Shown in pieces: positions 12,081 to 24,483 of a stretch of DNA of 64,000 bases. The stretch covers positions 206,716,155-206,780,154 of the forward strand of contig NC_085841.1 of assembly GCF_035594765.1 (NCBI RefSeq). Reading direction: 5' to 3'. The stretch is from Anolis carolinensis (Eukaryota). Every line of letters starts with the position of its first letter. Position 1 is the first letter of the stretch. The notes beneath the pieces were generated by a model that searched no databases, was not told where the DNA came from, and saw only the letters and a program-made list of their open reading frames with translations. The position numbers and the translations under genes are program-made.

Positions 12081-12747
12081 CATCCTCCTGAAATTATGGG
12101 ATTTCCCCCGCTTACTTCCCTATGGAAGAGTTTCCGGGGTGGAGGTGATCTCCGAAAAGAGTCCTAATTTAGGGAGGATACCCAAAGGGGTTTTGGTGGT
12201 GGGATCTAATGTTTTCCTTTTATGGGTTTTGTAAAAGCATTGGTTCCTGACAAGTGCAAGGTACAAAAGGTTGTGGGATTTATTAATACAGATTAAGAAG
12301 AATCAGGGCGATCAATAAAATCCTCATCTACATTCTTGGGCCACTTGGTAATTTTCTTGCTTCTGAAGCTTTTTCAAGAGTTATACCCCCTCTGTTGCCA
12401 CACACGGGGAAGATATTTTATGCACAAATCAATCGAGACTTTGTAAAGGAGAAGATTAATAGTGAAGATTTAGCATAATGGTGTTCGCGTTATGAATGAT
12501 TGAAAATTATATTATTGATTTTTCCTCATCACGACTAACCAAGAAGGTCAATTTTTTGTTTTAATACAAATCGTCAAATAGTAAAAGCTAGACTTTTGTC
12601 ATGGGTTTAAAGTTTTACATTTGGACTGGATTTTCCCAATTTATTTATTTGACAAATTCCAACCATCCTTATGATATCTGTGCTGGGAGGAGAGGGAAAT
12701 CTCCTTTCCGGTGAAAACAGAAGACTAAATCTGGAAAAGTTCTCTTA

Positions 12748-12892
12748 GGGCCCTTCCACATAGACATACAAGCCAAAATATCAAGGCATAAAATTCCACA
12801 ATATCTGCTTTGAACTGAGTTATCTGAGTTCACACTGCTCTATATTACAGTTCAAATCAGATAATGTGGGATTTTATTCAGCCCTGTGGAAG
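12748..12892. mobile_element. Harbinger-like MITE
   Basis: gggcccttccaca start and family body. Confidence 0.7.
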
Positions 12893-13609
12893 TGATCTGG
12901 GTGAACTTTGGATCTCGCAGAAGACTGAATTCACACATAACATCAAGAACTTCCCTTCCAAAACCCACAACTCAATTTTCTATCTAGAAAAAGTGAAATC
13001 ATGAGATCTAATCCTCTCGGCTTGACAAAGCGAGCACGCTACCTATATTGAAATTTGGGCGTTTTCAGTGTACCCCTATGTATACTTATATATAATGTAT
13101 GTATCCTCAATGTGTTGAAGGCTTTCATGGCCGGAATCACTGGAATCAGTTAAAGGTTTTGTTTGTTTTTTTGCCCTGGTTGTGTTCATCTCCGTTAACA
13201 CCAACTGCTGTTAGAACAGAATGCGATTGTGAAGAATGCGTTTGGAAATAATAATCAAGATTTCCCTTCCTCCGCTCTTTCATTTTGTCCTGATTATATA
13301 TTTTTAAAATAAGATCCCTTTTACTTATTTATTTTTCTAAAACTCCAAGCGCCTTCGCCATGATGTTATGGCTAAAGGTGCCCTTGGTCTATCTGTTTAT
13401 CTAGGCCCTATTAGTTCCCCCTCGCCCATTCCCTCCTTCTCCCCTTTAAAATAAAACCTCAGGGAAAAGAAAACAACATAGTTTTAAAGGGCGTTTTAAA
13501 GGGCCCTTTCGCCCTTCTTTCTGGCATCTTTTCTTGCCCTTCTGGACTCTCTCACTTTCCAGTATTTTACACCATATCTATGGAGGGGGCATCACGCTTT
13601 GTTATTATT

Positions 13610-13789
13610 GTCAAACATACAAGAGCTCTTTCTCCCACCCTGAAAACTCCAGAGATAAATAAACCTCACTTGCCTAGTTTCCAACAGACCTCATAACCTT
13701 CGAGGATGCCTGCCATAGATGCGGGGAAACGTCAGGAAAGAATGCTTCTGAAACATGGCTATAAAGCCCGGAAAACTCACAGCAACCCA
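13610..13789 (+). mobile_element. PLE fragment
   Basis: caagag.tctttctcccaccctg...ggaaaactcacagcaaccc. Confidence 0.8.
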
Positions 13790-14594
13790 CTTATGATTAT
13801 ACTTTGGTTAAAAGGGAAAAAAAGCAATGCCTTTCGTGCCTTTTTTTTTTTTTTTTTTTGCTGAAAACACCCTTTCCTCCCTATTTTCCCTGCTTGTGGC
13901 AATGAGACAGACCTTTTAAAAAGCTGATCGCAGCTGTTCAAATACAACATCATTGTCAGGTTAAGGGAGGCTGGCTTTTCCGGCGGGGCTGAGCCATCCT
14001 CGACATTTCTGTTTTGGAAATTGTGCCCTTGTTCCTGGGGGATTGGTTTCGAAATAAAGGAGCGGAGCTACACGAAGGAAAAGAGGAGATAAATCGGGGC
14101 GGATGGATGAGGAGGATAGTGCCAGAGCCCGGCGTGTTTGTGTTTGTGTTTGAGGCAGAGAGAAAGAAAAAGGGGGGGGGATCTATCTCTCCCTCTGTTT
14201 CCACCCTTCTTCCTTTCACCCCACCTTCCATTTAAGATCATTACCAGAGCCATTGCTAAGATTTTGTCTGAGCTGGGCGAGAAACAAAAGTGGAGGTCAC
14301 GATGCTCCTGCTTCGGGGGCGGCTCTTTACGCCTTGGCCAGCAGCAATTCTCCTTCTTCTCCCTCCTTTCTTCCTCCCCAATCCCCTCCAAACTAGACGC
14401 CAGGCGACCCACCGAGTTTAAAGCATCCCCCACACCCCCTCGGCCTGCCCTTTAAGACTTTCCCCGTGAAATCTAATCAGGGACTCCATTCCCCATCCAC
14501 GGCTCCTGCCTAATCCTTATTTACACTGAGCAGACGTGTCCTCGAAATATCCCAGTAGTCCCATCTTTCTGGTTTATTTTATTCCATTTTATGG

Positions 14595-14751
14595 NNNNNN
14601 NNNNNNNNNNNNNNNNNNNNNNNNNNNNNNNNNNNNNNNNNNNNNNNNNNNNNNNNNNNNNNNNNNNNNNNNNNNNNNNNNNNNNNNNNNNNNNNNNNNN
14701 NNNNNNNNNNNNNNNNNNNNNNNNNNNNNNNNNNNNNNNNNNNNNNNNNNN
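14595..14751. other. Assembly gap
   Basis: Run of N. Confidence 1.
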
Positions 14752-14913
14752 NTGTTTTGCGTCCCTCTGGGCTCTGGCATTGTTTAATGAACTCCTTCCT
14801 TTTGATCCATAGGATGCATCCCCTCCTAGATATGAGATATGGATCCCTCAGTCTAGGATCTCCCATCAGTTTGTTATAGGCAAAGGCAGCCCATTGATCC
14901 CAAAACATCACTA

Positions 14914-14951
<38 letters not shown>

Positions 14952-16313
14952 ATATATTAAAGGCTTAATATATATATATATATTAAAGGCTCAGAGCTGG
15001 AAAGTCTTTGGAAATAAGGGGGGCCTGGAGGAAATGAGGACCAGATTTGGAAATTGGTGTGACACGATCTAAAAGGTGAATAAACATCTCTCTGGGAAAA
15101 TGGATTATCCTTAGACCTGGTGTATTTCAAGGCCACTCGGGTTTTCAATCATATTTAAGATGGAATTGTAGTAATTAACATTATAATAAATAAATCAATA
15201 TTGTGCCATAAATGAAATATACAATCGACATTACCGCAAAGGTTTCCCTCTTTACAGTCTCATATTTTGTCGCCAAAAGGGTGAAACCCCCCAAAAAGCT
15301 CCATTTAGAACTCGATTACTATTTGCAGTAAAATATATGTTGACATCGCCCCTTTTCTGTCTTAATAAATAATAGAAAATAAAACCTGGCGAAGAAAGTC
15401 GTTACTTTGAACCTTAATTTTAACCCTTCAGGTTGATTCTACTCTACTGGGCTTTTTTTCACTCCTAGTCCCTCCTCTTCTTTTATTTTTCATATCACTA
15501 TTTTAGTGCAATTAATTATATTATCAGAAAAGGAGGGGGGGGAGAAAGACTGCCCCAAAGTGGGAGACACAAATGTGTAAACATTAAAATGGACCAAAAT
15601 GAACATATGTTTCCCAAATATTGTTTGGAAAGGGATTTTAAAAATTATTATTTGAGAAATTATTATTTGACATCCGTGAAAGCTTTATAAGGCTTCGTCC
15701 CTTCATTTGAACATTTCATCTGGTGGAAACAAGCTCTTGTAAACAGAAATCCAATTAATTCCATCTCCTCCTGCTATAAGAGCTTTGGGACTGGAAGGCT
15801 GGCCTTGAAGAGAGGAAAGCCACGCCGAAAACTCTGTCCCTTTCCTTCGTTTTAACATCATAACAATCTCACCTTTCTGTTTTCTGAGCTTCGAAGTCTA
15901 GGGCTGAAAATTATTGGGGATTATAAGGGGGCGAGTAAAGATAGGGTCAAAGGAGAGATCCCTTTCTGACACTTTCAGCCCTGGTGCCAAGCTCATCGGG
16001 ATTTTATTTTCTCTATTATATTTGCTAGACAATATCTGTAGGATAATTCAAGAGTGGAATTTCCCCTTCCGCCCTGCTATGCAGGTATTTCTGCATTTGG
16101 TAGCAATCTATAAAAGACCTCTCTCTATGGCGGACTCCCCTCTTGCTCTTTCTTTATCAGGGGGCCCTTTGTTTATGGAGGCATACAGCGACGGAAGCAA
16201 TTTCATACACAATTTCATACACAACTCGCCTTTAAAAGGTTATCACTCTTATCTGGGCTCCTTCTTGGAGCCTTTCTTTCAACATTTAATTTTCAGACAA
16301 CAGAGAAATCAGA

Positions 16314-16994
16314 GGCTGGATCTACTCGGGGAAATAATGCAGTTTGGACTGCATTACATGGTCAGGATACCACCATATTGTTGGGACCAGGAAATGTGAA
16401 ATTCACTTTCCACATCTCTCCTGGTCTCAACAATATTGATCATATAATATTAAAACCGCATTATGGGCAGTGGATTATACTATATGGTCAGGATACCACC
16501 ATATTATTGGGCCCAGGAAATGTGAAATTCACTTTCCACATTTCTCCTGGTCTCAAAATATAACTCAGTTTGAAGTGCATTGAGCTGCATTACATGGATC
16601 TGTACTGACTATATAATATTCAAACTGCATTATTCGACAGTGGATTGTATTACATAGTCAGGGTACCACCATATTGTTGGGACCAAGAAATTTGAAATTC
16701 ATTTTCCACCTTTCTCCTGGTCTCAATAATATAACACAATTTTAAGTGCATTGAGCTGCATTTTATGGGTCTATACTGATCATATAATATTCAAACTGCA
16801 TTATTCGACAGTGGACTGTATTACATGGTCAAGATACTACCATATTATTGAGACCAGGAAATGTGAAATTCATTTTCCACATTTCTCCTGGTCTCAAAAT
16901 ATAACACAGGTTGAAGTGCATTGAACTGCAATTCATGGGTCTATACTGACTATGTAATATTCCAACTGCATTATTCGGCAGTGTATATCCAGTC
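16314..16994. mobile_element. MITE with an internal tandem array of 4 units (periods about 126, 170 and 171 bp)
   Basis: Termini ggctggatctac / gtatatccagtc with a 3-bp AGA direct repeat on both sides; repeated accaccatatt.ttgggaccaggaaatgtgaaattc. Confidence 0.75.
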
Positions 16995-18579
16995 AGAATA
17001 ATGCTATGATCGCCCTTTTTAGGTAGCCATTAATAATAATTTCTTTCAAAATGGTTTTGAAGCAAATATAAAGGACATCCTCCTTGAGATGCAGACAACG
17101 AGAGACAGAAATCGCATTCCAACATTCACCAACCGAAAAGAAACTTTGAACAACCTTGAGGAAAACAAAGAAACAATTCGAATCCACACCATCATCATAA
17201 ACGCCTTCAGATCCCTTCCTTCAAGCAACACAAATGTCTGGAGGTTCCCTTCTCCAAAAAAATAAAAGCCAACTTCTTAAATATTCGACTAATTTCATAA
17301 GCAGCATATATCCATCGCTATATATATAAGACGTGTTTCTTTACGACAACAAAGTTGCTTTTCTTTGAGGAAGGCCCTGGTATAAACGTGAATCGAACTC
17401 TCGTTTCTTCCTCCTGTTATCTTTTCAAAACCTGCGTCGAATTTAAAGGGGGGGGGGGGGGGGAGAGGGTGCAACCAAACATATGGCTCTTTTTCTTTAT
17501 CCTTCTCAAAATAAATTCATTATAGGACAAGGTACCATTGATTCTGGGTTTCAGCGGCCAAACGATCATTTAAAGACCCCGACTCTGGGCTTTTTGTGTG
17601 TCTCCTTGTATTTATTTCGGGCGGATAGGACTGTTCTAGGTATCTGGGTAACAATGAACTTCTGCAAACAAAAACAGACCAAAGGAATGCTCTTCCAAAA
17701 CAAAGAGCCCGCAGCTCCTTTCCCAGAAATGACTTTGAATGTGTCTGGTTTGTCAGACAGGATCCTTGCCGAGAAAAGGCGGAGAAAGCCCACCTTCCAG
17801 CAATTTGGTCTTTTTGTGTGTGTTTCTTTTCCTGGAAAAAGTACATCTTTGGGGCAAAGCAAGGTTTTTCAAAACAGAATCTAAATTCAGAGGGATTTTT
17901 TTCCTTCCTTTAAAAACAAAATACATTTTAAAGTCTTGGTGGAAAACATCCTTCCCTTTGTCTTCTATCTGCGAGGAAATAAAAGGCATTTTTTTTCAAA
18001 AATGGATCAAGGTGACCACATAATATTCATTTTTGTTTTAAAAAAACTGTTTTTTTCCTTATCGATGCTACTTTTCATTCATTTTAAACAGAAAAATACC
18101 CTTTCAAAAGACACTTCTCCTTTAATCATTTCCTAAAACCCTGCCTAGATTATCTCAAAGGGTTATGATCTTCCTACTTCATGGAAAGGAAGCCTTGTTT
18201 CTCCAAGTGTCGCCGTTGGCATTGATATTCTTTGGATGTTGCGACTGCACTTTAAAAAGAAACAATTAGTGTTTGATTCTGCTGAGGAAATACAGGAGAT
18301 AAACTAACCCTTTCCTTAAAATGGGAGAATAATCCTATGCATCAAATTGTAAAAGATTATGACCCCAAATATTTTTAATGAAATACGCCTTGTTCGTGTC
18401 ATAGTTATGAGTTACTTGCTCCATAAATCTTCTTTATGCTCTATTTTCTCATTTCCAAAGCCCTGAAATCTTATAGTTGCTTATATATTAGATATTTTAT
18501 TAGTTGCAGGAGTATTGGGGAGTGGGGGGGAGCGAATACACTTGAACATCAAGACAATTATGCATTCCGGAATATGAGC

Positions 18580-18593
18580 GCGCCCTCTTGTGG
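18580..18593 (-). promoter_or_regulatory. CTCF motif
   Basis: Minus strand CCACAAGAGGGCGC matches the CTCF core consensus; lies between Hoxd10 and Hoxd11. Confidence 0.65.
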
Positions 18594-18807
18594 AATTTAG
18601 CAAAAGGGCACCAAGACATTTCTTTGAAAAATCATTATTGCTGGGATTCTTTCAATTTCCTATTCATTTTTCTCACATATGGACTATGGGTTTTTTTCCC
18701 CATTCCTTAAAAAACGTTTAGTCATGGAGAAATCTATTTTTAAAAACGCATAGATACACCAGTAGCTGGAAAATTTAGAATAATTATTGAAATAAAATAA
18801 ATATTTG

Positions 18808-19011
18808 GGGTTGCTGTGAGTTTTCCGGGCTGTATGGCCATGTTCCAGAAGCATTCTTTCCTGACGTTTCACCCACATCTATGACAGGCATCCTCAGAGG
18901 TTGTGAGGGATATTGGAAACTGACATAGATGTGGGCGAAATGTCAGGAGAGAATGCTTCTGGAACATGGCCATATAGCCCGGAAAACGCACAGCAACCCA
19001 GTGATTCCGGA
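18808..19011. mobile_element. PLE inverted-repeat fragment
   Basis: Family sequence in both orientations; minus-strand hammerhead core at 18860-18900 with a weak G-U-rich helix II. Confidence 0.85.
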
Positions 19012-19249
19012 TAGATGTAATATTGATAGATAAAAACTTGATTCAGTTGTTTGGGAGACAAATGACTCCTATTTTTACCCAGTTTTAAAAGAAGTTGGAT
19101 ATCACTTTTTCTAATAGAAACATTTTTTTCTCCCCAGAAAATTATTGAAGGAAAAAAGCTGGCATTTCATGTATTTCCTATTCAATACATATCTCGATGT
19201 TGGAAAATCTCTGTTCGAAAATAATTTTCGATTGAAACTGCAAGTCTTT

Positions 19250-19488
19250 TCAATGCTAATCAATGTGATTAATTGAATCATTCACACTTGCCCCCAATAG
19301 ATAAGAGTTCTTTCTCCCACCCTGGACCTTCCACAGGTATATAAACCTCCCTTGCCTAGTTTCCAACAGACCTCACAACCTCTGAGGATGCGAAACGTCA
19401 GGAGATAATGCTTCTGTGACATGGCCATCCAGCCCGGAAAACTCACAAAAACCCAGTGATTCCGGCCTTTAAAGCCTTCGACAACACA
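19250..19488 (+). mobile_element. PLE fragment
   Basis: Family sequence with the hammerhead helix II deleted. Confidence 0.8.
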
Positions 19489-19867
19489 TTATCGATATAA
19501 ATGCCTTTTCTAATATCTAACTATCCATCTCTTTATCTCATTCATACGTCAAAGACATCCAGGAATGAATTCTCATTTATTTCGCTATCCTGGGTTGCGG
19601 CATCCCTCTCGCCCCAATATTTATTCTTTAAACGTTCTTTACCCTTTAATGACCCAAGTTCTGAAATTAGCTACGGGAATGGATACCAAATAATGCTTTT
19701 TGGGTTTTTTTTTTGCGGGGACTTGAGGTTGGAAGAAATCTAATTTTATACTTGGGAGGTGAAAGGGATAATTAGCCACAGGAAACTAAGGGAGTGTTTT
19801 CTTTTTCCCCTCCCTTTGTTCCTTTTTAAAGAAATTAGTCTCCTGAAACAGAGAAAATGTTCTCTGA

Positions 19868-20017
19868 GGGCCCTTCCACACAGCCATATATCCCAGTATA
19901 TCAAGGCAGAAAATGCCACAATATCTGCTTTGAACTAGGATATCTGAGTCCACACTGCCATATATCCCAGTTCTAAGCAGAACATGTGGGATTTTATTCA
20001 GCTGTGTGGAAGGGGCC
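19868..20017. mobile_element. Harbinger-like MITE
   Basis: gggcccttccacacagc...gctgtgtggaaggggcc. Confidence 0.8.
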
Positions 20018-20239
20018 TGGGAGAAACAATTAGTCAAAGGGTGGTTTTCCAAATGGAAACTGGGTTTTGGAAGGGAGTGCTTGAGTTTGCTGGCGTAGGC
20101 GCAGCAAGAAGCTGTTAATGCGTGTGCGTGTGTGTGCCCGTACATCTGCGTGTCTGTAAGGTGGGGAGGGGGTAGGAAGTGAGCAAAAAGCGGGGAAAGA
20201 AGCCTAGAGAGTGAGTAGGTAGGTGGTGGTCGAAAATAA

Positions 20240-20320
20240 GAGAGGAACCTTTAAGGGTCCTAATTATTCAGAAAGGTTAAAGGTGATGACCTTGACATCC
20301 TGGAAGTTCAAAGGCATAAG
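20240..20320. promoter_or_regulatory. Nuclear-receptor site cluster; candidate Hoxd11 region IX
   Basis: DR1 AGGTTA-A-AGGTGA (20274-20286), TGACCTTGA (20287-20295) and DR1-like AGTTCA-A-AGGCAT (20305-20317), located 3' of Hoxd11. Confidence 0.6.
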
Positions 20321-20554
20321 GAGTATGGTTTTGCTTCCCAAAGAGTTTCAAATTTTGATTTTTGTCCCTAATTACCTACAATCTCCCTGGTTTAGGGGTT
20401 TTCTTTTTTTGGTAGCTTTCCCCTTCGTTTTATTCCTCTTAGTTTGGCCTTTAAGGGATGCAAAGAGAATGAGAGAAGGATTTCTTCTTCCTTAATGTTT
20501 TAGTCTCCCCCTCCCTTTGAAAAAAAAAAAAGCCAAATTCTTTTCTCACTCATC

Positions 20555-20700
20555 CCCTTTATTGCACATTGCGGAAATCTCTTTTCGGCCCACCAGAAGG
20601 TGTACAATATGACCCAATTAAGCTATTTAGACCCTGAGCTTTTATGGTGTTGTCTAGACAGTTCAAGGTTTTGTAAACAGCGCACAGCATATAATAAAGT
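20555..20700. promoter_or_regulatory. Hox/Cdx motif block; candidate Hoxd11 region VIII
   Basis: TTTATTG, CAATTAA, TTTATGG and GTAAACA in unique DNA between Hoxd11 and the region IX candidate. Confidence 0.4.
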
Positions 20701-20859
20701 GGGAGAGAAGGATCTCTACCAAATTCTTCTAGAGTGGGGGGGAAATAATAACCTTAATGTGTAATTAGTCCTGCTTTCATTGGTTTGTTTATTTATACCA
20801 TATGAATAGGTAGAGATGCCTTGTAAAATATTGGCTCTCAGTACTTTAGTTCCGCCCAT

Positions 20860-21238
20860 GTGGCCTAATCTGGCTACCACTATTAAAAACTCTAAAATTA
20901 GGACCTTAAGGAAAGAACATCACTCAGAAAACAGGAATTCCAGACAGGAATCAATCAGGGCCAGCTAACACCTCCCAACAAAGGATTCCTCCAGGCAGTA
21001 AACACTACACCTTGAAGCGAAAAGGCTATTTAATGCTAATCAAGGTGACCAATTGAAAAATTCACACCTGCCTAAAACAGACAAGAGTTCTTTCTCCCAC
21101 CCAGGATCTTCCACAGATATATAAACCCACTTGCACAGTTTCCAGCATACCACACAACCTCTGAGGATGCCTGCCATAGATGCAGGCGAAACCTCAGGAG
21201 AAAATGCCATGCAGCCCGGAAAACTCAAAGCAACCCAA
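20860..21238 (+). mobile_element. PLE 3' fragment
   Basis: tctggctacca.tattaaaaactctaaaat...pLTR sequence. Confidence 0.85.
21158..21198 (+). ncRNA. Minimal type I hammerhead ribozyme motif (PLE)
   Basis: cct-CTGAGGA-t-GCCTGC-catagat-GCAGGC-GAAA-c-CTC-agg. Confidence 0.6.
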
Positions 21239-21537
21239 TGGCCTAAGTTAGTTTGGGAGGCAGAAATTGTATCATTGCAAAAAGTAGAAGCACTTAATTG
21301 TTTCTCTATCCCTGCTCAATCATATTAGACTGGGATTTTTTTTTACTAGATTAGACTAGTCTGGGGTTAATTTTTTAAAATCTAAAACACACTTTCTACA
21401 TGGGTCGATTCAGAATATTGCTTTTATTAGTCCTTTCCGTTTACTGGGGTCAAACACATCCTTCATTGACTGCGATGGACCTACACTCAGGCTTCACACC
21501 TGGGCTGACAAGGGGATCTAAAGTTGTCTTGGTTTTT

Positions 21538-21681
21538 GTTGGGGAAACTGAGCTGTTAGGCTCAAAATAACCCTCGTTTGGAGTGATTCCACCATAAATA
21601 TAGCAGAGTACCAGAAGTAAACTTCATAACCAGCAGAAACTTAAGCGTGGTGAGCTAGGATAAGCTTCTATTCTTCAGGAT
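21538..21681 (+). mobile_element. Fragment of an unclassified TG...CA (LTR-like) repeat
   Basis: tgttgggga..ctgagctgttagg.tcaaaataaccctc...; copies at 24047-24262, 30258-30423 and 36878-37153. Confidence 0.7.
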
Positions 21682-21741
21682 ACCCTTTTCTGTCCTCAAT
21701 ATTGGTGGTCTCCAGGCGGCCATGTTGCATCTGCCTTCCAT

Positions 21742-21755
21742 GCGCCACCTGGTTG
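21742..21755 (-). promoter_or_regulatory. CTCF motif
   Basis: Minus strand CAACCAGGTGGCGC. Confidence 0.55.
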
Positions 21756-21997
21756 GTTACAACTGCAGCGTGGTTGACCTCTCTGTACGGATTTTCCGAA
21801 TTAAGGAACAGGGATAGATGGGTTTGTTTTGGGAAAGGTGTGGGGGGAAAGGATGGGGTGGAAGACGGGCCAAGCTTTCTCCTATGAACCCTTTCATTCC
21901 CCTTGGAAACAGACAAGAGCAACAGCGAAGTCCTTGAGCGATGGCACTGCAGACCAGGCACACGAAAGAGGACAGCTTCCATCTGTACTACCATCCA

Positions 21998-22003
21998 TTT
22001 ATT
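21998..22003 (-). terminator. Probable Hoxd11 polyadenylation signal AATAAA
   Basis: tttatt on plus, about 590 nt after the stop. Confidence 0.5.
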
Positions 22004-22587
22004 CACGTGAACAAGACAGCGTCCCATGCGTTTTAAAACAATGGCCATAACAACCAGAGATGTATATCTTTACCAGTGTATAGATATATATATCCAAGGT
22101 ACATCGCCCTTTTTTCCACCGCCACCTCAATTTAAAAAAAAGGAGAAAAAGGAATATCTCCATCTCAAAGCCAACAGAGAGAAAAGTGGCGTCCTCTGAT
22201 GTCTTTCCTAAAACAACCCCATACATTTGGGACCGACCATGAAAGGAAGAAGGGAAAGGAATCAAAACCACGGATGATTGTTCAGTTTTAAAAACAAAAT
22301 AATAATAATATAATAAGAATAACAACAACAACACACGACAACATTAGAAGGGAGTGTTGGATTTACCCCGTTTCCCCTTGAGGGGGCTCCTGCTTCTCCA
22401 CCAAACCCCCGAGATCTCCTGGGTGGCAGGCAAAGGTGGTTGGGAAGAGCCCAGAGTCGTTGCCCATAAAAGCCATGGGGTCTGTCCTCGGGTTGAGTGT
22501 CCTGTAAACCTCCTGGTGCCCGGTGAGGCAGGCCGAGAAGGGGGCGCCCCTTCCTTTTCCCCATCCCATCCCCGCGGGTCCTCCCCC

Positions 22588-22823
22588 TCAAAACAAGGGA
22601 TTCCCCGTGAAGTATTGCAGTCGATCCCTGTTCAGTTTCTTTTCTTTCATCCTGCGATTTTGGAACCATATTTTAACCTGTCGATCCGTGAGGTTCAGCA
22701 TCCGAGACAACTGGAGTCTTTTCTCTTTGTTGATGTAGACATTGAAGAAAAACTCCCGTTCCAGTTCTCTGATCTGGTACTTGGTGTAAGGGCACCTCTT
22801 TTTCCGAGATCGCTGAGGAGGAG
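22588..22823 (-). CDS. HOXD11: Hoxd11 exon 2 (homeodomain)
   Basis: [78 protein letters not shown]; acceptor tgttcag|. Confidence 0.96.
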
Positions 22824-23585
22824 CTGAACATTTGGGGTGGGGAGAAAAGAGGAGGAGGAGGAGGAAGAAGAAGAGCGAAAGTGAAGCGAGTGGCCCCATT
22901 CAGACCCTTTCTCAAAAGCCACCATGCACAAGAACGTGGACTTGAGTCCAGCTCTGTCAAGTTGCCCTCCTGCAGGGCGAAAACGGCCCCTTCCCCTTAC
23001 TCTCCGAGGACATCTGTGGAGTTTAGGCCTCTCTGGAGAAAACTTTGGCAAAGTGGATTGGGAAGAGAACAATGTGAAAAAAATAAGGGAAGAAGGGGAA
23101 GAAATATTTAGAAAGCTCAATTGGTGGCAGACTTTTGATACTTTTGATATGTTTTATATGTTTTAATCGCTTGAAATACTATTTTAATTGATATGTATAT
23201 TTTTATAGTTTTATAATATTGTGTTTTACTGAAATTGTTATTGTCTGAATTTGGAATTGAATTATTGCCATGGTTTGTAAGCTGCCCTGAGTTCCCTTTG
23301 AGGGTGGGAAGGGCGGGATATAAGTACAGTAAATAATAAATAAATACATAAAATAGCGTTATAGTGTCCAGAGGAAAGTGCCCTTACTGAGTAGTTTAAA
23401 ACTTCACTCCAACAGCAGGCCTCTGCTCTTTTGGGGATATGGTTCCGGAAGGAAAACTCTCCTCTTTCCAAAGTTAAACCCCAAACCAAATAGGACAGGC
23501 AATCCATTTGTAATAAATTGATAAAATGGTTGCTGTTGTTATGATCATCATTACCATGGATATCATTATCATCATTTTATTGCTC

Positions 23586-23804
23586 ACATGTGAGTGTGGA
23601 GAAGAGCAAACCACAGACCACCAATTACAATGCAGCCTGAGCCCTGCCACATACACTATGGAGGACCTTCTTATAGCAACCCCAGAGGCACTTCAAGTGG
23701 CCAGATAATAGTATAATGCCAAGTTTTAACCTTTGTCTGTGTTCTTAAATACTGTACATTACAACTGTACCCTCGGTTCGCTTCTGACACGATAAATAAA
23801 TAAA
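23586..23804 (+). mobile_element. 5'-truncated Ingi/Vingi-like LINE 3' end in the Hoxd11 intron
   Basis: Encodes TCECGEEQTTDHQLQC (C-terminal zinc knuckle); tail ctgacacgat(aaat)n; 12-bp TSD ATTTTATTGCTC. Confidence 0.85.
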
Positions 23805-23889
23805 ATTTTATTGCTCCACAAACCCCGAATTCCGTCCCAATCCCCATCCTCCTCCCAGCACTACCTTGAAGCCCATCGCAACGGGTTTC

Positions 23890-23980
23890 CAATCGTAAAC
23901 ACGCTTTACAGTGGCTGAGGAAACCTTATAGGATATATAAAAGCCCTGTGGATGCTTATAAAATGGCACGTAAAATTGGA
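23890..23980. promoter_or_regulatory. Candidate Hoxd11 intronic element with AbdB-class motifs
   Basis: TCGTAAA, TTTAC, TATAAAA twice and CGTAAAA clustered. Confidence 0.45.
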
Positions 23981-24046
23981 AGAGGGAAGAGAGTGAGAGA
24001 AAGGACTGGGGCTTGACAAAGTGGGGTGGCCTTGTGCACCCTCCCC

Positions 24047-24262
24047 CTTACCTTTCTTAGAAGATGAGATTTAGTAAGCTAGTTAGCTTCTCTATCAAGA
24101 AGGTAAAAATATTTTGAACCTAAAGTTCTGAATGGAACTTTATCCCAGCTCATGTAAGTTTCTGCTCGTTATGAAGTTTACTTCTGGTCCTCTGCTATAT
24201 TTATGATGGAATCACCCCAGCTGAGGGTTATTTTTGAGTGTAACAGCTCATATTCCCCAACA
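24047..24262 (-). mobile_element. TG...CA repeat copy in the Hoxd11 intron
   Basis: Reverse complement of the 36878-37153 family. Confidence 0.7.
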
Positions 24263-24483
24263 CCTCCTGCCTCTCTTCAATTTTTGGCCTCTCCCTTTAA
24301 AAAAAAGAAAAAGGCAGAGGCCAAAGACAGCCCAAAGCATCAGGCCGAGGCTGCCCCTTTCCTCCTCCTCCTCCTCACCACCAGTGTTGGCTTCTCCCTT
24401 TGAAGAAAGCAAAAACAACCCGGGTTCCCAAGGCCGAGGCTGCCCCCATCCTTCCCCTTCCTCCTCCTCCTCTTCTTTCTCAC

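Noticed and set aside
16346-16990. CRISPR-like array
   Set aside because: Whole units repeat with no unique spacers, there are no cas genes, and the DNA is vertebrate.
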